A stretch of 64,000 bases of DNA. It comes from Mobula hypostoma. Lineage: Eukaryota. Of the stretch, positions 36,895-49,319 are shown one piece after another. How positions within the stretch are numbered: position 1 is the stretch's first letter; each line of letters begins with the position of its first letter. Position numbers and translations under genes: made by a program. Location: the NCBI RefSeq assembly GCF_963921235.1, contig NC_086108.1:7440001-7504000 (forward strand), given 5' to 3'. The notes beneath the pieces were generated by a model that ran no database searches, was not told the origin of the DNA, and worked only from the letters and a program-made list of their open reading frames with translations.

Positions 36895-37117
36895 ATGGCT
36901 AGACCATTTGATGAGGGAAATTCGTCAGAATCCTGCGCCCAGGAACACATCCAGTCGAACCTTGGCAACTGCACTGCCAGCAGCCCCGAGCAATACTCAC
37001 CACATGCCCATCTGCTTAGGGGTCAGGGAGAGTACTGCGATCACTCGGCAACTGTCCCAAACATCAGGAGACTGATAACGTGTGGCATGAACTCCACAAC
37101 CAACAGCTCGCTGCCTG
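36895..37117 (+). CDS. BBC3: BH3-only protein (PUMA-like), coding exon 1
   Basis: Acceptor CAG|G with exon start at 36883; AGCATGG Kozak context; MARPFDEGNSSES resembles the human PUMA N-terminus MARARQEGSSPEP; donor CTG|GTAAGG, phase 1. Confidence 0.8.
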
Positions 37118-38829
37118 GTAAGGTTCAGGACAACAGCTTGGGGTGGGGAAGGGGGTGAGTTGGGGCCTGTTCTGTTTCAAGGGTCTACGAGGGTCAGTGC
37201 CTTTTGCTCGAGCCTCCGCGTTCAAATCCTGCTCCAGGGAGCCAAGCACAGAACAAGCTGATGCTCCCGGTACGGCACCGAGAGGGTGCTACATCACTGA
37301 AGGTGCCAAAGTCTCACGAGAGGTTGACCTGGCCTTGGTGTCCCCTCAAAAAGTAGCTGGAAATTCTCAACGGGACAGACGGCACCTGCGGAGAGACAGA
37401 TTTATCCTTTCAGGTCAGTGAGGTTAAACTTGTAAACTTCCATCCAGGGTCCTTCAGCACACAATGCTGTGCCAACCCTCTAATCAATCCTTCCCCCCTA
37501 CACAGCCCTCCATTTCTCTGTCTTTCAAGACTGTCTAATGTCATTTCCAGAGCACAAGTGTAAAGGAGAATGAAATAATTGCAACTCCAGATCCAATGCA
37601 GCACAAATAACTCAGTAATGCACAATATATCGTGGATATATTGGACTTAGTGTGCATGCCACAAGAAATCAAATCTCAGGGTTGTATATGATGACATATA
37701 TGTAACTTTGACACAAAATTTACTTTAAACTTTGAAACTTTGGATACAACAGGGCCTTTTAAGAGACTCTTCGATAGGTACATGGAGCTTAGAAAAATAG
37801 AGGGCTATGCGGTGGGGAAATCCTAGGCAGTTTCTAGGGTAGGTTACATGGTCGGCACAACATTGTGGGCCGAAGAGCCTGTAACGTGCTGTAGATTTTC
37901 TATGTTTCTATGTTTTCTATGAAATGTATAAGATCGCTTAGACATGTAGATTGATTGTATGTCCATAGAGTGACACTAGGCACAGGAATGTCTACATAAA
38001 GTGACTGACAGGAAATTATAAAGTAGTGGTGGTTGGTGGGTTAGTGGGTGGAGGTGTTGATCAGCCTTACTGCTTGGGGAAAGTACCTGCTTTTCGGTCT
38101 TGTGGCCCTGGTGTGGATGTTGCGTAGCCTCCTCCCTGATGGGAGTGGAACAGACAGTCCATGAGCAGGGTGGGTGGGATCCTTCATGATGTCGCTGGTC
38201 GTATGTCCCTGACGGTACCTATTGAAGAGCCTGTTGTGTTTTCAGACTGTGCGGCAGGGGAGTATACTTGCAATGATGTGTGAATGCCAAAATGGCGATC
38301 CCCAACATCTGAACGTTCTCCTCTGTCGGCCGATGACTGTGGTGTCTCTCACGGTTGAATAGCCTGCCTGGATCTGTGTTTTCAGGGTGAGGAGGGGGGA
38401 GAGGGACTGTGTTTTTTCAGTGAGCAGACTGTCGTTCAGCTCATGTGAACATGCAGCTATTGTGTGCCCTGGAAGGCAAGTCGAGACTTGCCCCTCTCCC
38501 TTTTTCCTTAAAATCAATCAAAACAGCAGGCAGTAGGAAAAAGTGTAGTGCTTTCAGTGGCCACAGTCAAAGTTCGACCGAAGGAAGTTTATTATCAACA
38601 TACATATACGTCACCATATTTGGTGGTGGCATCCGTTAGTCTCGCGAGACCATGGATCTGCGCCTGGAAAGTCTTGCTTCACTCTCCAGGGCACAGGCCT
38701 GGGCAAGGCTGTATGGAAGACCGGCAGTTGCCCATACTGCAAGTCTCCCCTCTCCATGACACCGATGTTGTCCAAGGGAAGGGCAAGGGCCGATACAGCT
38801 TGGCACCAGTGTCGTCGCAGGAGTTGCCA

Positions 38830-39190
38830 GAACAAGATTGAAGGCCTTAGGGACTCCAGCTCCGGATTTGTCCTCAGGGTTTACTCCCAAAGCCTTTCCC
38901 ATGAGTGGGTACGGCCGCAAGGCAGCGGAGGTTTGAAATCAGAGTTTTCCCTCTCTTAGATGGACTGCCTTCCCAGGCTGACGAGCTCCATCTACTCGAA
39001 GCACTGGTTTTAAGGCGCCAGGACCCGCCTTCGCCCCTTCTCCTGTCAGTAGAAACAGTTCCGCTGGGTTTAGAGGCTAAGCCGCACGAGAAGGCCAGGA
39101 GTTGGACTTGGTTGTCAGAGGCTATTTGAGGCGCATGCAGTGAGGAGCACTTTTAGGTGGTGGAAGCTTATCCTCAGCTTGACAACCTAG
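38830..39190 (-). mobile_element. RTE-like retroposon 5' region
   Basis: TTTTCCCTCTCTTAGATGGACTGCCTTCCCAGGCTGACGAGC resembles reverse-strand RTE leader sequence from memory; it abuts the SINE tail at 38626-38830. Confidence 0.35.
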
Positions 39191-39711
39191 GAACTATATA
39201 GTACATCACCATATACTACCCTGAGATTCATTTTCTTGCAGGCATTCACAGCAACATAAAGAAATACAATAGGATTAATGAAAAACTGTATATAAAATCC
39301 TGGCAATTCTGGACAATGTTTCTCACTCTCTGCATGCCACCTTGGCTGAACAGAGGAGCACTTTTAGTAGCAGACTAAGACAACTGTACTGCTCCAAAGA
39401 GCGCTACATGAGGTCATTCTTACCCTTGGCCATTAGGCTGGACAATGAGTCAACCTATAGCCAGGGAAGTGATGACTCCCTCCTGTTAAACTTATTGTGG
39501 TAACTTGTTTTTTGTTATTTGTACTTCTCTTCTAATATTTATATCTCTGCACTTGTAATGCTACTGAGACAATGTAATTTCCTTTGGGATCAATGAAGTA
39601 TCTATCCATCTAGCTAAACAAAGACCGACAAACAACCAACTGTGCAAATAAAAAATATATACTTTTGAGAGCGAGAGTTGTAGAGTCCTTGAAGGGGAGG
39701 AAATAAATGTG

Positions 39712-39926
39712 CCTGAACCTGGTGGTGTGGGACCTGAGGCTCATTGTGATGAGTGAAGTTATCCACACTGGTTCAGGAGCCTGATGGTTGTGGGGTAATA
39801 ACTGTTCCTGAACCTGGTGGTGTGGGACCTGAGGCTCATTGTGGTGAGTGAAGTTATCCACACTGGTCCAGGAGCCTGATGGTTGTGGGGTAATAACTGT
39901 TCCTGAACCTGGTGGTGTGGGACCTA
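39712..39926 (+). repeat. 95-bp tandem duplication (~2.3 copies) within a Rex/Babar 3' end
   Basis: CCTGAACCTGGTGGTGTGGGACCT at 39712, 39807 and 39902. Confidence 0.9.
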
Positions 39927-40969
39927 AAGCTCCTGTACCTCCTGCCCGATGGCAGCAGTGAGAAGAAAGCATGGCCTGGATGGTGGGGTCCTTGATGTTA
40001 GATGCTGATTTCTTGCGGCAGTACTCTATGTAAATATCTCTCTGAAACCAAGCTGTTATGACCAGAGCTGGTGGTGGTCAACAGGATATAAAGGAGAATG
40101 TTTACCTGAAATGGAGGGAAACCCGCAAACAGACAAGCAATTCACACTGCTTGTAAGGAGTTTGTACGTTCTCCCCGTGGTCAACACCGTAGTGTAGTGG
40201 TTAGCACGTCGGTTTACAGTTCAGATAACTCGGGTTCAATTCCCACTGCTGTCTCTGTGGAGTTTGCATGTTTTCCACTGTGGTTGCGTGGGTTTGCTCC
40301 GGGTGCTCTAGTTTCCTCCCCCATAGCAGTTGGTAGGTGCATTGACCCTAAAGCTGTGATTGGGCTAGGGTTAAATCTGAATTAATAAAGAATAATAATA
40401 AATTAGTGTGGTAAGAACAAAGGAAAGACAGGACTGGAAAATCGTTGACTTAGTCTCAGTCAGACAAGAGATAACAACATTCCAGTGATAGCAGTTAATC
40501 TGTGAAATCACCAGTTTCAGGCCATGTGACACCTGCTACTGAAAACTAAGAAGCTTGTAGAAAAATACAAAAGCAACTGTAAAATTGCTGGGAAATTCAC
40601 TGAATTATTACATATATAGGGGTGATTATATTAAAAATAGAAGCAAGCATTGGAAACTTAAACCTGAAAAATAACAACTTTACACCCCAATTCAACACAT
40701 CATTCTGTGCTGTGTTATATGATGTTAGCGATCATGGTCTTTCCAGGACCATGATTGTTCTTGGCAGATTTTTCTACAGAAATGGTTTGCTATTGGTTTC
40801 TTCTGGGCAGCGTCTTTACAAGACGGGTAACCCCAGCCATTATTAATACTCTTCAGAGATTGTCTGCCTGGTGTCAGTGGTTGCATAACCAGGACTTGTG
40901 AAATACACCAGCCGCTCATACGACCATCCGCCACCTGCTCCCATGGCTTCATGTGACCCTGATGGGTGG

Positions 40970-41602
40970 GGACCTGACGCAGACTGGGAAACCGCTTTGC
41001 TGAACATCTACGCTCTGTCCGCCAGAGAAAGCAGGATCTCCCAGTGGCCACACATTTTAATTCCACATCCCATTCCTATTCTGACATGTCTATCCACGGC
41101 CTCCTCTACTGTAAAGATGAAGCCACACTCAAGTTGGAGGAACAACACCTTATATTCTGTCTGGGTAGCCTCCAACCTGATGGCATGAACATCGGCTTCT
41201 CTAACTTCCACTAAGGCCCCACCTCCCCCTCGTACCCCATCTGTTACTTATTTTTATACACACATTCTTTCTCTCACTCTCTTTCTCCCTCTGTCCCTCT
41301 GAATATACCTCTTGCCCATCCTCTGGGTCACCCCCCCCTTGTCTTTCTTCCCGGACCACCTGTCCCATGATCCTCTCGTATCCCTTTTGCCAATCACCTG
41401 TCCAGCTCTTGGCTCCATCCCTCCCCCTCCTGTCTTCTCCTATCATTTTGCATCTCCCCCTCCCCCTCCAACTTTCAAATCCCTTACTCACTCTTCCTTC
41501 AGTTAGTCCTGACGAAGGGTCTCGGCCCGAAACGTCGACTGCACCTCTTCCTATAGATGCTGCCTGGCCTGCTGCGTTCACCAGCAACTTTTATGTGTGT
41601 TG
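40970..41602 (+). mobile_element. 5'-truncated young Penelope-like element (GIY-YIG tail plus pLTR)
   Basis: Near-identical to 22915-23374 and to the reverse complement of 55044-55690; it interrupts the retroposon at 40700-40970. Confidence 0.9.
41505..41540 (+). ncRNA. Minimal type I hammerhead ribozyme, best-preserved copy
   Basis: AGTC-CTGACGA-A-GGGT-CTCG-GCCC-GAAA-CG-TC-GACT; predicted cleavage after C41536. Confidence 0.8.
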
Positions 41603-41820
41603 TATATATTTTATTTGACTTCTTTTACACATTGGTTATTTGTCAACTTGTTAATGTATAGTTTTTCATGAATTCCATTGTATTTCTTTATTTTGCTATG
41701 AACGCCTGGAAGAAAATGAATCTCAGGGTAGTATATGGTGACGTATATGCACATCAATAATAAGTTTACTTTGAACGTTGACTTTGATTGCTCCTGACGT
41801 GGTTCTCTGGTTATTTCCAG

Positions 41821-41993
41821 GTGAGGTGCAGCGGATTCAGTCGACGATGCTGGACGCAGGCATGAATTCACCAGTTATAGCTCAAGGCAACAGCTTCCAC
41901 CACGAGACGGGGAACGACGAGGTCATTGTCCGCCAGATTGGAATCCAGCTCCGCCTCATGGGTGATCTGTTACACAACTCCCACGTGGAACGG
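41821..41993 (+). CDS. BBC3: BH3-only protein (PUMA-like), coding exon 2 containing the BH3 motif
   Basis: Acceptor TTATTTCCAG|GT (phase 1); IVRQIGIQLRLMGDLLHNSHVER aligns to human PUMA WAREIGAQLRRMADDLNAQYER; donor CGG|GTGAGT, phase 0. Confidence 0.9.
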
Positions 41994-42325
41994 GTGAGTC
42001 CACCGGCGTTTCCTTTCAGGTCCTGTCTTTTGACTTCATGCAGTGTGATGGAAAACTCTCCAGCTGACTGGATGAGAACAGAGCCGACAACCCTTCACGT
42101 AGCAACTGGCACCATCCAGGATGAAAGCACAAGAGCTATTGGAAACCCAGAGCAACACCTGCAGAACACTGGAAGAATCTGATGAAGTGTCTCAACCCAA
42201 AACGTCGGGTGTTTATTCCTCTTCATGGATGCTGAGTGCCTCCAGCATATCGTGTGTGTTACCATCCAGATCAAACCAGCCGGTCAGCACTGGCTATAGC
42301 CAACCCTGTGCAAACGTCTCTCCAC

Positions 42326-42404
42326 CAGGGGTTCCCAAACATTTCCACACCCTGACCAATACCACTAAGCAAGGGGTCCGTTGCGCCCAGGTTGGGAACC
42401 CCTG
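42326..42404. mobile_element. 79-bp hAT-type MITE
   Basis: Perfect 13-bp TIR CAGGGGTTCCCAA/TTGGGAACCCCTG; same family as 32052-32131. Confidence 0.75.
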
Positions 42405-42409
42405 TTACA

Positions 42410-42950
42410 CTGTCATGAAATTACTTGTTTTGTGGCAGCAATATTCCATCAAATTAAACATGGCCATCAATTGCAACAAGAATATATAATTAATTAAGCA
42501 GTGCAAAATAAAGAGGTAGGGTTCATGGGTTTAACGATGTTTCAGAAATCTGGTGTCAGAGGAGAAGGAGCTATTTCCAGGACATTGGGTGTGTGTCTTT
42601 AGGGTCTTGTAACTCCTCGTTGATGGTAGCAATGAGATCAGGGTATGTCCAGGGCGAGGCTCCTCAAAGGCGAATGCTGCCTTCTTGGGGGCATTGCTTT
42701 CTGGTGACGTTCTCGATGCTGGGGAGGCCAGCGCCGTTGATGGGGCTGACTGAGCTTGCAACCCTCAACAGCTTTTTCAAACCTTGTGCACTGGAGACTC
42801 CACACCAGACAGTGCTCGAACCAGTCAGAATGCTCTGCACAGTACATCTGTAGAGGTTTGCTAGGGTCTTCGGTGACATAACAAGCCCCCTCAAACTCCT
42901 AATGAAATATAGTCATTGTTGTGCCTTCTTCGTAATTACATCAATATGTT
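42410..42950 (-). mobile_element. Rex/Babar-type LINE 3' fragment
   Basis: KTLANLYRCTVQSILTGSSTVWCG and PSTRSYKTLKTHTQ motifs. Confidence 0.75.
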
Positions 42951-43774
42951 ATATACTAATAACACAATGTTTTATACCAATGACTCAAATTCGTTGGTTT
43001 TAACGTGGTGGCGGTACGACTGTACCAAAGGAGGTGTAAGACACTCCTTTCTCCGCTAGCCTGCAGATCACCCTTGGGCAAGGTGTGAAGGTGTGAAGGT
43101 GTGAATGTGTGGCACCTGCTTAGCCCCCCCCACCCACCTCCCCTCGGTCAGGCCAATCATAGTTTTTCATGATCATGATTGCTCTTGGCAAATCTTTCTA
43201 CAGGGTGGTTTGCTATCGCCTTCTCCTGGGCAGCGTCTTTACACGAAACGGGTAACCTCAGTCATTCTCAATACACGACAGAGATTGTCTTCCTGGCGAC
43301 AGTGGTCGCATAACCAGGACTTGTGATACCCATCAACTGCTCACGTGACCCTGGTCGGGGGGTCTAAGCAGGTGCTACACCTTGCCCAAGGGTGACCTGC
43401 AGGCTAGCGGAGGGAAGGAGAATTTTACACCTCCTTTGGTAGAGATCTATCTGCACTCTGCCACCCTAGGGTTACTAATCTTAAATGATTGGTCATGATT
43501 TATTAATGCTAACACATAATAGTTACAACAGTGAGAAGCCTTTAAGGCACAGCATTGCTCACTAACCTGACGCTAGCAGGTCTTGACCACGTGTGAAGGG
43601 GCTGTTTTGATTTGACGGTTCAGGGCTGTTGATCTGAGGGTGTTTTGGAGGTTCAGCGAAGCTGAGTAATGTAGGTTCCTGTCTGGATGCTATACAAGCC
43701 AAATAGAGCACCTCAGCACAGAAACAGGCCCCTTACCCATCTAGGCCCTGCCATTCCATCATGGCTGATTACAT

Positions 43775-44290
43775 GACAACACACACAAAATGCTGGAGGA
43801 ACTCAGCAGGTCAGGCAGCTTCTATGGAGACGTATAAACAGTCAACTCTTCCTCAGGACTGGAAAGGAAGTGGGGAGGACACCAGAATAAAAAGGTGGGG
43901 GGGTGGTGTGGGGAGGAGGATAGATAGTAGAAGGTGATAGGTGAAACCAGGTGGGTGGGCAAGGTCAAGGGTTGGAGGGGAAGCAACCTGATAGGAGAGG
44001 AGAGTGGACCATGGGAGAAAGGGAAGGAGGGAAGGTGATAGGCAGGTGAGAAGAGGTAAGGAGCCAGAGTGGGGAATAGAAGAGGGAAAGGAAAGGGGGG
44101 GGATTTTTTTTATCAGAAGGAGAAATCGATATTCGTGCCATCAGGTTGGAGGCTACCCAGACGGAATATAAAGTGCTTCTCCTCCGCCCTGAGGGTGGCC
44201 TCATCGCGGTACAAGAGGAGGCCATGGACCGACTTGTCAGAATGGGAACGGGAATGGGAATAGGAATTAAAATGTTTGGCCACTGGAAAT
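43775..44290 (-). mobile_element. Penelope-like element, older subfamily
   Basis: PVAKHFNS...EEKHFIFRLGSLQPDGTNIDFS GIY-YIG tail followed by a pLTR. Confidence 0.8.
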
Positions 44291-44959
44291 TCCACTGATT
44301 GATTTTCCCTCCCAACTCCATTCACCCGCCTTCTCCCCATAACCTTTGATGTCCTTACTAATCAGGGAACTATCAATGTCCACTTCAATACATCCAACGG
44401 CTGGTCCTGTGGCAACGAATTCCACAGGTTCACTGGACTTTGGCTCAAAAAGTTCCTCCTCAACTCTGCTCTAAAGTGACTTCCTTCTAGTTTGAGGTCC
44501 TATACTCCCCTGCTACAGGAAACATCCTCTCCACATCCACTGTATCAAGGCCCTTCAGTATTCAATAGGTTTCAATGAGACTCCAGTGAGTACAGGCCCA
44601 GAGCCATCAAAGGCTCCTCATATGTCCAGGGGAGAACGTACAAAGTCCTTAAAGGCAGCGGTGGGTTGCCAGTACTGCAATAGGGTTACATTGACCACTG
44701 GACTACCGTGCTGTTAAACTGCAGGCTCGTACGCCTCGGGTTCAGAGTTCGTAGGTGGTTCAGGTGGGTTGCGTTGGTGCCTTTGAGGAGATTGGGGAAG
44801 ATCAGGGACTAGAGTGCAGAGTTCTGACCCAGCAAGGCCTGCGTGTGTGTCTTCTATAAAAATATATAGAAGACATCATAACCCAACAATTTTCTTTAAT
44901 TGGACACCAAATCCCGAAATAGCCCAACTTGTATTTTTTTCCACTGTTTTTGTTAGGCA

Positions 44960-45170
44960 GAAACACAGAGGTTGCCAGTGAGATCGTGGAATGCTGCTGG
45001 GACTCAGCAGGTCAGGAAGCATCTATGGATTTCGGGCTGAGAAGGTGAAAGATCCCGGCCCGAAATGCCGACTGTTTACTCTTTTTCCATAGACGCTGCC
45101 TGTGAGTTCCTCCGGCGTTTTGTGTGGGTTACTCTGGATTTCCAGCTTCTGCAGACTTTCGCTTGTTTAT
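44960..45170. mobile_element. Short fold-back Penelope pLTR-derived element
   Basis: GACTCAGCAGGTCAGGAAGCATCTATGGA...TTCGGGC is mirrored by GCCCGAAA...TCCATAGACGCTGCCTG. Confidence 0.6.
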
Positions 45171-46629
45171 TATTGTTTATGTTTTGGTGCCGTCGACTCT
45201 CTCCCGGGCCAGCGATATGGATCCTGGCCAAGTTTGAGTTGGTCATTACCTCAAATGCCCTCAGTCTACACAGACTGCTGGACAAAGCTTAATGGTTATC
45301 TTGTTACATTACATCAAGAAGTTTGTTCAAGTCATTCCATACCTTAGGCTCTCTCACCTCAATAATCTTTAGAACTTCCCCTCTCCATTTCTGACCTCTG
45401 AATGGTCCCCAAATTTACTGATATGAGGGGATCGATTTCGAGGCAAATTAGTTCAGTTTTTATGATGCTCAGGTTTCTAGTTCTAGTTATGGTCACTCTT
45501 TTTTATTACTACTTTTGGGTGATTTTTGAATCAGGGCTGCCTGCAGGTAATGAACACCAGGCTGGACTGAGCTGAAATATGCCTTTTGGTTTTGGGTTTT
45601 ATATTCTGCGTTTTCGCTCATTTTTTTGGTTGCCATTTGTACATGATGTTTGCAGTTTGCCATTTGTACATGGGGGTGGGGGGAGGGGGTTTTGATGTTT
45701 GCAGTTTGCCTTTGAACGGGTTGGTTCCATGGTTCTTTGTTTTGTGGCAGTCTGTGGGAAAGACGGATTTCAAGGTTGTATGCTGCATACTTACTTAGAT
45801 AATAAATCTACTTTGAATCTTTGAAATGGAGGGTTATGTGGAAGGGAAGGTTTAGAGGAGATTGGGGCGAGCGAGGCACCCCTCCCCCATCCTAGCCATT
45901 TTTTACAGGAGCACCATCGAGTGTCCTGACCAGCTGCGTCACTGTCTGGTGTGGGAATGGCAAGGCAGCCTACTGTAAGTCCCTTCAAAGGACTGTGAGG
46001 ACCAACCAGAGTCTCTCTTTCACCCATTAGAGATATTTATCAGGAGCACTGTATACACAGGGCCCCTAGCCTTGACAATAACTCCCCCCAGCAATCTCTT
46101 TGAGGTACCATAGCATTCGGGCAAGGACTGTGAGGATGGGAAACAGCTCCTTGCCCCAGGGCCTGCCACCATTTCGGTCTCATCATGCTTGAAGCGCCAG
46201 TAGTGTTATACTGTTTACTTTTTAACTTGTCTCATAAATGCGCCTTGCTATTTGTTAATTTATTTGTGGTCATATTGTTTTACGTGTTGTGCACCTTGGT
46301 CCGGAGCAGCATTGCTTCATTTGGTGGTGTATACGTGTGCAGTTGACGGATGATAAACTTGAACTTGAGATTGATCTTGGAGTAGGCTCAAAGCTCAGCA
46401 CAACATGATGGGCTGAAGGGCCTGCAGTGAGCTGTGGTGTTCTGTGTTCTCTGTTCCCTGTCACCGTTGGGTCACTGCATAAACTTACACTTGAATGGTA
46501 CGGCTGTGTGGCGTCTCAAGGGCTGTAAACAGAGACTGCAGACTCAGTTAAAGTAAACAGTTTGTTACCTGCGTGCAGCAAAGCAGGCAGACAGAGATTT
46601 CCCAGCATCTGTCAGGGCACTGTCCATCT

Positions 46630-47165
46630 TTCAGTAATTTCTCCTTCCCTCCCCTTCGCTCTTTTTCCATTCTCCATTCTAGATCCCCTCTCACCCCTTC
46701 CCTTCTCCTCACCTGCCTATCACCGCCTTCTGGCCCCCCTTTTCCTTCCCTATCTCCCACAGTCCACTCTCTTCTCCTATCAGATTCCTCCTTCTTCAGC
46801 CTGTTATGTCTTCCACCCATCACCTCCCAGCTCCTCACTTCATTCCCCTCTCCCCACCCACTCATTCCCCCCTCACCTACCGTCTCCTCTCATTCCCTCC
46901 TTCCCTATTCCCCATGGTCGCCTGTCCTCTTCCATCAGTCTTCAGCACTTTACCACCCAGCTTCTCACTTCATCTACCCTCCCCTCACCTGGTCTCACCT
47001 ATTACTTGCCAGCTTGTACTCCTCCCACCTTCTTATTCTGGCCTCCTCTCCCTCCTTTCCAGTCCCGATGAAGGGTCTCGGCTTAAAATGTCGACTGATT
47101 ATTCCCCTCCATAGATGCTGCCTGACCTTCTGAGTTCCTCGGGCATTTTTTGTGTGTGTTACTGT
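46630..47165 (+). mobile_element. Penelope-like pLTR, older subfamily, with mutated hammerhead (47061-47096)
   Basis: Pyrimidine-rich body including CCACCCATCACCTCCCAGC, then AGTCCCGATGAAGGGTCTCGGCTTAAAATGTCGACT. Confidence 0.75.
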
Positions 47166-49319
47166 GAGTCCCCTGGTCTGGGCAACCTCTTCTCAGTGAT
47201 TACTTCTGCTTTCCTATACCAGCACCACCCCCCCCCCACTCCTTATTCCCAAAGGGTCCCAACCGGGGCTTCTGACCCAAACCAGTCACAAAAGATCCTC
47301 ACAAGTATTAATTATAAATGATTACAACTACTTATTAACAGAAAGATGCTGGAAATCCAGAGATCACTGTCATGATGTGCACCAGCAATATTGGAACCCG
47401 AGTATAGAGAAAAGACAGACTCGATGTAGACATGTTGACAGGAGTTTATTCATAATCATTCCAAAAGAACATCTGTGACACCGAGAGAATTAACACTCTC
47501 AAAACTAGGACCCCATGATTAGCACAAATCAGGCATCCGCTTAAACGATACAATTAACATGGAATTCCCGAGCCTGTCAAAATAAACGTAACAAGCTCAA
47601 ACAGAAGGCAGCAGGAAACAGCATTACGAAGAGTGAGTCGCTGAGGAATAACACAGGGAACTCCGAATGATGAATGACTGTGTTAAACAACAATTAAACA
47701 ATTCAGGTGCTCTAAAAACCTCCGAGCCCAATGCCCCGCTCATCCCAAATGCACACAAAATGCTCAGTAGGGGCTCAGTCTGAAACGTTGACTGTCTATT
47801 TCTCTCCATTGATGCTGCCTGTCCTGCTGAGCATTACAGCTAGTTGGGGGGGGGTTTGTTTCAGAGGCTTAGAGATTGTTCCCCTTCTTTCCTCCCCCTA
47901 CTACTCTCAGCAGGTTTCTAGAAAAAGGTGATGTTTAATATGGAGGTGAGGAGGAATCTCTTCCCTCAACAAACTTTTGGGGCTGTCTGTTTCCCAGGGT
48001 TTGAATGTCTAATACCAGACGGCCTCCATTGAGGGAGGTGGGGGTAGGTTCAGGGGGGATGTGAGGGGTAAGTTTTCTACTCAGAGAGTGGTGGATGCCT
48101 GGTATGTGCTGCCTGGTCTGGTGGTAGAGGCAAATACATTAGGGGCTTTTAAGAGACGTTTGGATAGGCACATGGATGGAACAGGGAGATGGAGGGATAC
48201 AAACATGGTATGGGTAGGAGGGATTGTTGTTTGGGTGTTTCTGATTTGCTTTTTAGCACAACATTGTGGGCCGAATGGGCTGTTCTGCGCTGTAGTGCCT
48301 TATGTCTTCCCCAGAGAGTCTTGAGGCTGGTCTTTAGGTCTGTAGGTCTGTGGTATATAGAACATAGACCAGTACAGGCCCTTCAGCCCGCGATGTTGTG
48401 CCGGCCCTTGAACCTGCTCTAAGATCAATCTAACGCTTCCCTCTTACATAGCCCTCCATCCACGTGCCTGCCTAAGAGTCTCTTAAATGTCTCGAATTCA
48501 TTTGCCTCAATCGACTCTTTACTCCTCTCCCTGCCTTGCTGAGTTCCTCCAGTACTTTTGTGTGTGAATCTATTCTCTCCCTTTTCTGGAACGTTTCTCA
48601 GCGCCGCGGACACTGTGGAATGGTCGCTCGGCTGCCGTGGCGTGTTCTTGTTAAAGGCAGTATGATCGTTCCTCTCGCCTCGGCTGACTCCGCGGGGTTG
48701 TTTAAGGAGCGCTGCTATCGGCTCTGTATATATACAGTGTTATTTATAGCGCCTGACTCACCGGGCAGCTGGCTGACAGTCCCGTGACTCTCTCTCTCTC
48801 TCTGTCTCCCGCCCCCTCGCTCTCTTCCCCCTTTCAGTCTGCCTTCCCCCTCTCTCACTCGTCTCTCCCCTCTCTCCCCCCTTCCCTCCCTCCGGACCCG
48901 GATCCAGCCGACCCCAGACTTCATCTGCTAAACAAACGGAGAGTCTTTGCCAGCACCCGGCGACTGGCGACTGGCGACTGCGCTTCCCATCTGTGTGCCC
49001 TCCCCCCAGCCCCACCACCAAACCGAAACCCTTTACAGGCACAGTCCCGTGGTTGAGGTGGGCGACGGAATGTGTGATGTGAGGATATTGGTGGGAGGGG
49101 TGGAGAGGTTTTGTGCCCGCGCAATCTTCGCTGATTTGACACAAACAACGCACTTTACTGCGGGTTTCGATGTACACATGACAAATAAAGCTAATCTTTC
49201 TCGTTCCTGTTTGATGACAGGAATTACTGGTGAGAACTTGCAGGCCAGGTCTGTGCATCATATTAAACCAGAGCTTCAGATGGTTAATAATAAATAAATA
49301 AAAATTATCTTTAAAATAA

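Noticed and set aside
38978..39002. Hammerhead-like CTGACGAG...TCGAAG
   Set aside because: GAAG rather than GAAA, weak stem II, and no stem I or III.
41778..42182. 134-aa single-exon ORF containing the BH3 motif
   Set aside because: Starts at a non-ATG codon in intronic sequence and reads through a strong GTGAGT donor; only 41821-41993 is treated as exon.
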